The notes under the pieces were generated by a model. The model saw only the letters and a list, made by a program, of their open reading frames with translations, did not search any database and was not told where the DNA came from. From the human T2T-CHM13v2.0 reference genome, Homo sapiens: a DNA stretch of 64,000 bases. Location of the stretch: the NCBI RefSeq assembly GCF_009914755.1, contig NC_060929.1. One strand, given 5' to 3'. Of the stretch, positions 54,902-64,000 are shown in pieces; position 1 is the first letter of the stretch; the number at the start of each line of letters is the position of its first letter. The position numbers and the translations under genes were made by a program.

Positions 54902-55509
54902 GATGGACACGTTTGTTGATTTGAGTACGCTGAACTACCTTGCAACCCAGGAATAAAGCCTACTTTATCATGATGTATTTGCTTTTTGATGTGCTGCTGG
55001 ATTCAGTTTGCTAGTATTTTGTTGAAAACTTTTTGTATCTCTGTTCATCAAAAATATTAGCCTGAAGTTTATGTTGTTATTATTATTGTGTGGAGATTTT
55101 GATTTAAAGTCTGTTTCATCGGAAATTATAATAGCAATGTCTGCTTTTTTTCTGTTTGCTGTTTGCTTGGCAGATTTTTCTACATCCTTTTACTTTGAGT
55201 CTCTGGGTATCGCTGCACACGAGATGGGTCTCCTGAAGACAGTATACCATTGGGTTTTGCTTCTTTATCCAACTTGGCACTCTGTGCCTTTTAATTTGGG
55301 CATTTAGCCTATTTACATTCAAAGTTAGTATTGATATATGCAGATACATTCCTGTCATCATATTCTTGTTTATAGGCACTAAAGCACAGCTGCTGATGTA
55401 TTTTTCTCTTCCTTCTTCCTCTTCTGTCATTAGCCTGGCAAAATATGCAATTTTTATGTGTTTTGTTGAAGGTTCAAATGCCTGAGAAATGCACCATTTC
55501 AAACTAGAT

Positions 55510-55630
55510 AATTTTATTTCCTGAGGAGAAGCAAAAGTGAAAAAAATGCCTTTCCTTTCTACATTGTGCCAGCAAGACTTAGCACATGCCTAATGTATAG
55601 TAGGTGCTCAATCAATATCTGTTGAATGAC
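55510..55630 (+). mobile_element. L2 3' terminus
   Basis: cttagcacatgcctaatgtatagtaggtgctcaatcaatatctgttgaatga. Confidence 0.7.
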
Positions 55631-58600
55631 AATTCAAATTGGCAAAATATCACATGGTGTGGGAGGATAGGATATAAAAATAGTTGGTTTATCCTTAAAC
55701 TTAACTAATGTGATTTAAGGAGGAGATTAATCCATGCATGGTATATTAGTTAAGCAAATGGAGTGGTGTCCCAGTGTCAGAGAAATACTGAGGTTAATTC
55801 CTCACTCCCCCAAAGGTGTATTCAGCACAGGTGATTTAATAGCTCAAAGATTGCTTTTCACTTCTCCTCTAGGGAGAGTACAATAAAATGAATTTTAAGT
55901 TGCTTCTGAAGAATTTATAGACTTAATATCTGAGTCTTCTGATGCAACCTATTTTCTCTCTTTTACTGGGAAAGTGGTATAATATGCATTTTTATAAACT
56001 TGTACAAGATGATGGGTTCCTAATTATTGGTAATACCCTTGGAGACACACTTGTGGTCTGTCCTTTAGGACATCTGCACCAGCACTGTTTCAATCCAAAA
56101 GGTTTACACAGCTCTGAAATGGACATCCGCAGGCAGCCTTCTGAAGTGAAACAAAGACTATTTGCATGTTAGACAAAGCTTATTCAGTAGGAATCAAGAT
56201 GGATGGTGGAACTAAAGAACACTAAGATACATACTAGAACGTAGAAATTAAAGTAGATACAAGAACGTGGAGGAGGAACAGTTGACATTTTTTAGAATAA
56301 ATTAAATGAGAGTTAAAATCATCACTATGCAAAGCTGCAGATTGAGAAGGCATTTGGCCAATGTCTGAACAATGACAAAGAGTATGGGTGATTTGAAAAT
56401 TGCTAATTTTGTCAAATTTTGGCACATAGAGGATTATATTGGTAATAGCTAATATTTTGAGTGTTGACTATATGCCAGATATGCTAAGCATTTTATAGAG
56501 AGTTTTATAAGTCTTACAACAATGCAAGGAGTATGGCATCATTGGGTCTTTTAAAACTTTTAAAGAAAAAATAGAGAATAATCAAAGTGAAGTTCTATTT
56601 TCATAACATATATATCTATATTATAAAAGAATTATAGTCCTGATCATCCAAAAGAGCCAACAGATATTTAAAGAATATTGTAGTCATAGATCATCTTTAT
56701 TTTTTTTAAAAAATGTCACTTGCTATATTGTCTTTATGTTAAGACTAATTGAAGAGGGCACAAAGTCAAAGCTAATTAACAACATCCAATATGTCAGTAT
56801 AAGAATACTGTTATTTATATTTTTGTCAAAAAGAAAACATCTAACTAATTTAAGGTATATTTTACAGTACAGTTTTACAAAGCATATCATCAAATGACTA
56901 ATTTATATACTTATCATCAAATCACTAATTTATATATTTAAAAAGTAAATTTATTTGTGCAGGAAAATCAAATAGTTCCCCAATGTATTGATACGATGAC
57001 TGAAGCTTGCATGTTATCATGGTATTTTATTCTTCTGATATATCTCTTGCAGAACAGAATTAGTAAATAAAATGCATATTTCACTTTAAAATTTTTAAAA
57101 AGTTGATTATTTTTCTAACTTCCTCTGAAACATCAGTCATTCCAATATTCAATTAAATTTTTGGTTAAGATAGCCTGTAAAATCAATATGAAATACATTT
57201 TGCTGTTTGGTAACTAGGTTCTAGACAATTAGAAAACTATATCAATAAGATAATATCATATTTTTTATTTTAGAAAAGGCTCAGGCAACTGTTAGACCTT
57301 ATTAATGACAATGACTCAATGTAATGAAAACAAATCACAGAGATCTGCTAGATTTACAAGAATACACTTGCCATACATAACACTTTATGAGATGGGGTGT
57401 GGGTTTAATATCAATAAAGAGAAGAAGAAAAGATATTAAATGAGACTTTGATAAGCTGGAATCTACTAATCAAAATTCTCAATGACATTTTCTTCTAACG
57501 TTCTTTAAAGAAGAATCAATTCCCGCAAATATACCAAAAAAAGATACTAGAGATAAACTCACAAAAACACCACAAAATTAGTAATTATGACAGAACTATT
57601 CTCCTATAGAACATTTCAGGGGGAAAAACCTACAACAAATGATACATGAACAAGTGTCCAAGAGTGTGCTTTTCACAGTGGGGTCTGTTCTATAGACCCC
57701 CGCCAATAAAATTCCATTATTTCAGCATTTTATCTGGACTTCTTGAATTATTGAATTATTCCATGCATGCTGAAAAAAATAATTGAAGCTTCAGTTTTCT
57801 CTATATTTACAAACATTTAACTGACATACATATAAATACATGACTATAAGAATGTATAGACAGCACTTGTGTGCAATCTGCTGTATGGCTTCTGTGAATG
57901 TCACTGGAGAAGACTCCTTATGGCACAGATTTATTCATTCCCACAGTTTTTATTTCATTTTGGCAGAAGATTACTCAGAGTTTTAGGGTTTGTCCAATCA
58001 GCTTTTAACTAAGCCCAGCATACAATGCCAATAATGAATTCCCTACCTAAACCCAACTAACTATGTGAATGCTCCAGATGTTCTTAGCTCAAACATCTGT
58101 TGCTTAAGGCAGGGGGGAGGTTCTGCATTGTACCATACCTGAGTTACTTGCTACATTTACATACTTCATATGGGAGGCTAATTCAATCCACTGAATTTTA
58201 ATATAGGTCACTGTACAGAGGTCACCAATCATGATAGAATAATAAAATAGTGATAATTTAATGATAAACCAGTAAAAAGAAGTAATTATGAACTAAGAAG
58301 AACTCCAAAAGAAAATCACTTTACTCAATCTCAGTTTGCTATGGCAAGTAGTATATATATTTTATTAAATGTTTTCTACTGAATAATTACAATATTATAA
58401 ATACAATAGTCATACCATGGTCCCAGTAACACTGACAAGGCCTTTGAAGGACTTGGAGAGATAAAGTCTGGGCTCCAGGACCACACCCGTACTTTGGGCC
58501 AGATCATCTAGGCTTCTATTCACATAGTCAGTTATTTACTTGACATATTGTTCTGCACTTTTTGTTGGAATAAAGAATTCCAAGGCTAACTACATATAGC

Positions 58601-59468
58601 CTAGCTCCCTCATTTTACAGATGAGCAAAAAGAGACCAGAGAAAATAAGTCCGATCAACCAGATTAAATAATACAGTAAATGAAAACTTGGATTAGAATC
58701 TAGTTTTCCTAATTATCTAGTACTCTATGCCCTGCACAATACTCCCTCCTTTATGTCAAAACATCCCTACTATAAACCCATGTGTATATGGCAAATCCAA
58801 ATTGGTGGCAAGTCAGTATCAGATTCGTTTCAAAAGAAATGCATGCAGTTTTATTGTTCAGTTAGCTAGCAGTTGGGAATTACATCAGCAAACATATGCT
58901 TAAATGTACACAATAGGGTACTAATTTAATACATATAATAATTTTAGAAAGAATGAATGAATCGGGTATGATCAAGCCACATAAGAGAATCAGTTCCATT
59001 GTATCATAGCCATCAACATAAATAAATGTAAATTTCTTGTCAATGTGATTATAAAACACAAACTCTGAAAATGTTTTTAGTTAATATATTTCAATTTCTT
59101 TTTTACAAACCAAGGCTTTTACATTTTCTCAGTAATATTTTCTTTATAGATAATGAAAGGCAAATTTCATTCTGGTTCTTGCCAAATAACCGCTAATTAT
59201 AAATGTATAGTATTTGAATAAAGTGATTTTATTATTTCCAAGAATACCTTTTTCTAGTCTCATCCATTCACATTCATGGTATGCACACAACAAATTTGTC
59301 ACATTATGCTGTTAGCTGAGGTCACAACTTTAAACTCTGAGACTACTAAGGTGAATAAACATTTTCATAAAGAGTGTGACATTTGAGTCACTGGAGTCAG
59401 TGAAGAAGAGAAATGGCTTGGAAGCTTCCTTGGCTATGCTGACAAAAAATACAAGATACAATGCCAGG

Positions 59469-59923
59469 TGCAACAATTATCTATTGCTGTATAACAAGTT
59501 ACCCTGAAACTTAGCAGTTTAAAAGAATACTTTATTATTTCTTACACTTTCTGATAATCAGGAATCAAGGAGATTAGCTGGGTCCTTCTGGCCCAGGATC
59601 TCTTCTGACAGAGTCAGTACAGAAGTCAGATAGGAATGCTTCATCTGAAGGGCTGGAGGATCCACTTTCAGCTTTTCATGTGTGTATTGGCAGGAGGCTT
59701 CAGTGGCTCTGCATTGGGCAGCTCATACATAACAGCAGGCCCCTCCCAGAACAAGTGATCCAAGAAAGAACCCAAGATAGAAGGTGACCTAATCTCATAA
59801 GTGACATATCATAACTTCTAACATATTTTATTGGTAACACAGGCCAACCTTGGCACTATGTAAGAGGGAATTTATTAGGGTTAGAATACTACAAAGTAGT
59901 ACCATTGGGAGATGTCTACCACA
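59469..59923 (-). mobile_element. MLT1F-like MaLR LTR
   Basis: ttatctattgctgtataacaagttaccctgaaacttagcagtttaaaa...ttagctgggtccttctggc.cagg.tct...ggctggaggatccacttt...tgtctaccaca. Confidence 0.7.
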
Positions 59924-60088
59924 CCAAATGAAAAAGCAACATGTTAACACATCCAATTTTGATCATCTACAAGATATGCCAAGCTGGAGTTAAACTGATA
60001 GAAGATTGAAAGTAGAGTCCCATGTGTTGATACAGAATGGCTAAGATGTTAAAGAGCTCTTGAGGTAGGGAATTAAAAACACATATGA

Positions 60089-60396
60089 CACTTTGGGAGG
60101 CCGAGGAGGGCGGATCACCAGGTCAGGAGATCGAGACCATACTGGCTAATACGGTGAAACCCCGTCTCTACTAAAAATATAAAAAATTAGCGGGCGTGGT
60201 GTCAGGTGCCTGTAGTCCCAGCTACTTGGGGGGCTGAGGTAGGAGAATGGCGTGAACCTGGGAGGTGGAGCTTGCAGTGAGCCGAATCGCGCTACTGCAC
60301 TCCAGCCTGGGCCACAGAGCGAGACTCCGTCTCAAAAAAAAAAAAACAAAACAAACAAAAAAAGAAAAACAAACAACAACAACAAAAACAACAAAA
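60089..60396 (+). mobile_element. AluY, about 30 nt 5'-truncated, adjoining a MIR remnant
   Basis: Starts at cactttgggaggccgagg, with gagatcgagaccat, gaatggcgtgaac and an A/C-rich tail. MIR-like sequence follows (ccagtttctttatcataaaattgg...attaaatgagatgatgta). Confidence 0.93.
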
Positions 60397-61629
60397 CACC
60401 TGAGTTAAATTGCAGCTCTACTATTTACAGTGAGTGATATTAACTACTCAGAACTCCAGTTTCTTTATCATAAAATTGGAATCAGTTATGTATACTTTGG
60501 AGTTAGTAAAAATTAAATGAGATGATGTACACGTCAGGTTTCTTAACATATAGTAAGCACAATTATTAAAGTAAAGGAACAAGTAGAAAAAGGAATATAC
60601 TCTTTAATTTGGTCTACAATAGTGACTAATATGTTTCTACTAGCCCTAGCTATAGAAAGAGTATGGATTTAAATTATGTCTCTTTTCATAACAACCCCTG
60701 TGACTATAATTATGGACAGCTATAAATTGCCTAATAAGATAGGAATACCCTTAGACTCAACAAATCTTTCTTTTGTCAAAAGAAAATTTATAAATCTTAT
60801 AGAACTCAAAAATATATTCCAAGGGATGATCTGTATGCATTCTCACTCGTGATTATATTTTTAATAAGCACTATTTCAATTTAATAATATGATTATCTTG
60901 TTTATTTTCAAGTACCAATAGCCCATTAAAATTTCACTGGAAGGTCACTAAGAAATATTTTCCTTATGAATTTTAGTGTAAGTTTCTCTCTTTCAGAGAA
61001 GTGATAAGTAAGCTTAATATAATGGCTCCCAAAATCTCTCTCAAATACAATTCCATATACATATTAGAGTGGCTATAGAGCACATATGATGAAAACAAAT
61101 TTCACATTAAAAAAATAATATTATTGGGGATATGTAATGGGCCAAATGATACCTTAACCTTCAAATTAAATGTATAGAGTTATTTAATATTTTCTAGTAA
61201 GTTTTTATCTTTTAGCAAAAGAGAAAAATGAAGTGTAATGAATGATGGGTTAAAACGGCAAAGACTGTAAATTAATGTTATTTTTGAGAAAAATTGTCAA
61301 ATTCAAATCTCCCTTTTTATTTAAACAGAGTTCTGTTTTTATTTCCATGAAGTTATTCCAACTGCGCTGTATCATGATGTAAGTAGAGTGATACAGTGCA
61401 AATGGTTCAGAGACACTGAAGATTCCCTCCAGAATTAAGAAATGATGGCCAGCTAACCAACAGGATATTATTTTTATAATTGTAGTAGCAGCATTTTAAA
61501 ATAGCTAGCTAATGATTTTATGTGATATAAATGCTAGTTCACAGACGAAGACAAACTTCCTGGAACAGATGATATTGAAGGAGACTGGCAGGAAGGTACG
61601 AAGAAACATAAAACACTAACATTTGATAA

Positions 61630-61805
61630 AATATTATATAGAATAGTACATAATATACATTATATTAGTCATATTGTATGTAATTATAAAAATATAACAA
61701 AAATATATTATTAAATATCATATATAATATATAATGATAATATTATATAATGTATTATATAGTATCATATAATGTAATGTACTATTATTATATAACATAT
61801 ATAGA
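61630..61805. repeat. AT-rich low-complexity (TA/TAT) tract
   Basis: Directly visible degenerate tatat/ataat repeats. Confidence 0.8.
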
Positions 61806-62579
61806 TAAAGGATCAACCTCAATTTGGAGTAAAAGTTGAGAATTTTTTCAAATAATAAAGATAGAAACTTAGATCAAAAAGTTCAAGCATCACTAAAGGT
61901 CCAAGACTGTCAGAAACCAAACATTTGTTTTAGTTTATCTTCACTGATTACTATACTTGAGGAAATCAAGTTTACCTTCAATTATTCCTTATATAGGAAC
62001 AAATTCAATTAGAATGTAGAACTCCCAGGGTAAGATAATAATGCCTACAACACTGCCTGGCAAAGAACAGTCAAGAAATATTTGTTGACTGACAGAATGA
62101 AAGAGTGAATAATTTCCCCCCTAGAATAACATTATGTCTGCTTAATACTTATATTTAAATTATATTCATAGCTGCTTCTTCCTTCATAACCAAGAAACTC
62201 ATGCCCCTCTTGTGACTACCCACTAATACTCAGAAATATGACACACATTTTCAAATAAGTCTGATATACTTAGGTAGGCCACTGTGTTCTTGCTCTCCCC
62301 CAGGGTGAAGTGAGCTGCTGTTTTCCTTGCTAACCCTGACTAGTTCACATCAAACTCCCTGTGCTGCTGCGTGTTGCTCTGTTTTGTCTACCACAAGCAT
62401 TTATTGCTCACTGCCAACTGCTGTGTTGTTCTGCCCAAACCACTTACTTGTTGTGTACTGACTTAAACATTTGCTCACAGGCACTTTAGTTCCTGGTGCT
62501 GTAGCTATTCTGTAAAATAGCAAAATAGCACTCTCTTCTGTCTTCAACCCTGGTAGAAACTATCACAACATAGGAAACT

Positions 62580-63075
62580 CAGCCTCATTTAGCTTTTCAC
62601 TTTACCAAGAACAGAACCCCAAATCTTTCTATGGTTTACAAGACCCATTGGGATTTGGCTGGCTCCTAGACATCTTCTAACATTATTTTTGTTCTTCTCT
62701 CTCACTCCACTCCAGCCACACCAGCCAATATTGCACTTGCTGTTTCTTCCTTCTGGATTATTCTTTTTCCAGATATTAGCATAACTTCTTCCTTCATTTC
62801 CTTGAGTTTTCTGATTAAATGTCATCTTTTTGGGGATGGCATATAGGAACTATTCTATTTTTGAAAGATCTGCTTGACCCAGGTTACAGTATTCTGTTTC
62901 CTTGCTTTAAATTTTGTAACATAGTTTGTGCTGCTTGACATATTTTATAGCTGTTTAATTTGTTTATGTTCTATTTTTTTCTGAGAAAAACAGACAACTA
63001 TGAGGAAAAGACTTTGTTTTATTATCAATATATTTGCCATTAGATCAAAGCATATAAGAATAGCTACTCGAGACA
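62580..63075 (+). mobile_element. L2 fragment
   Basis: aaatctttctatggtttacaagaccc...ctcactccactccagccacaccagcc...ttcttccttctgga...ttccagatatt.gcat...aaatgtcatctt. Confidence 0.65.
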
Positions 63076-63085
63076 GAAAACATGA

Positions 63086-63177
63086 AAGGAAGAAATGAAG
63101 GAGGGAGGGAAGCAAAGAAGGAGCGAGAGAAGGAAGGAAGGAAAGAAGGAAGGAAGGGAGGGAGGGAGGGAGGGAAG
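63086..63177. repeat. Polypurine (GGAA)n/(GGGA)n microsatellite
   Basis: Directly visible; includes five consecutive GGG runs at 63156-63174. Confidence 0.9.
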
Positions 63178-64000
63178 ATATATAAATAGATTGATACTAT
63201 TTAATACATCCTAATCTCAAGAAAACAAGTGGAGGCAAATTGATCCTGTGGTATGGGAAGGGGTGTTATACCTTGCACATGCAATACTCTACCAAATCTT
63301 TTTCAGTCCAGCCTGGACACCATATACTTAAAACTGAACAACAACTCTTGTGATACGATTAATATGCTTGAAATATTTTTATTTTATCACTGACATGTGG
63401 ATTAAGAAATTAAAATAATTAAGAAAAATCTTCTTTAAATGAAATATTTGGAATAGAAAGCTAGAATCTCAGGTTCCCCGAGTCTGGTAACTGTTTATTA
63501 TGGCTATGGATGCAGTAAAGCTCTAGCTCTTGATTTATTAATTAATGGAGTGCTCAATATATGTTTCTCAACAATAGGTAACATGAGAATTGAAGAAGAC
63601 AGGAGACATTAACTTTAAGAAAACCCTTAATGCTCAACAAATTCTGCAAGGTTAATGTATGCTGTTTTACAGGAATATCACAACTAAAATATTTTAATAT
63701 TATTTTTTCCCTTGCAACAATAAAGAATTCTCATGCAAAGTCTTTATTTAACTTGTCTGTTGTTTGTCTGTTGTGTCCTTTTAACTTTATTTATGTATTT
63801 TATCTAGGCTTGATCTGTCAGACATAAGCTGTTTGATAATTTATCATATTATTATTGAAGCAAGTTGTCAAACCAGTTAAATTCATGTGAAAAGGAATTC
63901 AAATTAGGGCAACAAATCTTCAAAGTCCAGCTGAACTGCTAAAGTAGACAAATTCCTTTTCTTCTGTTTTCCCCAGATGCTTTTTACATTCACTGATTTT

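Larger units (their letters stand above)
52033..55368 (-). mobile_element. L1PA15/16-like LINE-1 (ORF2 start to 3' end, internally deleted), carrying nested AluY and THE1
   Basis: 3'UTR ttcaggggtacatgtgtaggtttgtta. ORF-track fragments match ORF2p: [22 protein letters not shown] (RT), [30 protein letters not shown] and MTGMYLHISILTLNVNRLN...CLQETHL (endonuclease). Multiple frameshifts make it non-coding. Confidence 0.93.

Noticed and set aside
53142-55502. RT- and endonuclease-like ORFs as an active retroelement or domesticated gene
   Set aside because: They are fragmented by frameshifts, the catalytic FADD motif reads FAEK, and the element has an internal deletion and nested insertions.

Overview
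AT-rich, repeat-dense primate (most likely human) genomic DNA lying inside the HCN1 gene (hyperpolarization-activated cyclic nucleotide-gated channel 1), which runs on the minus strand. The only supportable coding sequence is one 219-nt, phase 0/0 internal exon at 18243-18461 (pore helix, CIGYG selectivity filter, S6, start of the C-linker; exon 4 from recalled gene structure). About 45.5 kb to its right is the upstream intron and about 18 kb to its left is the downstream intron. The introns hold Alu, L1, L2, MIR, MaLR/ERV solo LTRs and hAT/Tigger DNA-transposon fossils, many nested and several with intact target-site duplications. The other ORF-track entries are repeat-derived or chance ORFs. 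I found no new multi-gene system. The best leads are (1) a 93-nt intronic hairpin with a 39/40-bp stem at 40123-40215, outside any repeat I recognise (pre-miRNA-like, apparently made by template switching); (2) the stop-free, frame-preserving pore exon bracketed by oppositely oriented Alus (circRNA or in-frame skipping architecture); and (3) several micro-rearrangements. Repeat subfamily names come from recalled consensus sequences, so subfamily calls and old-element boundaries are approximate.
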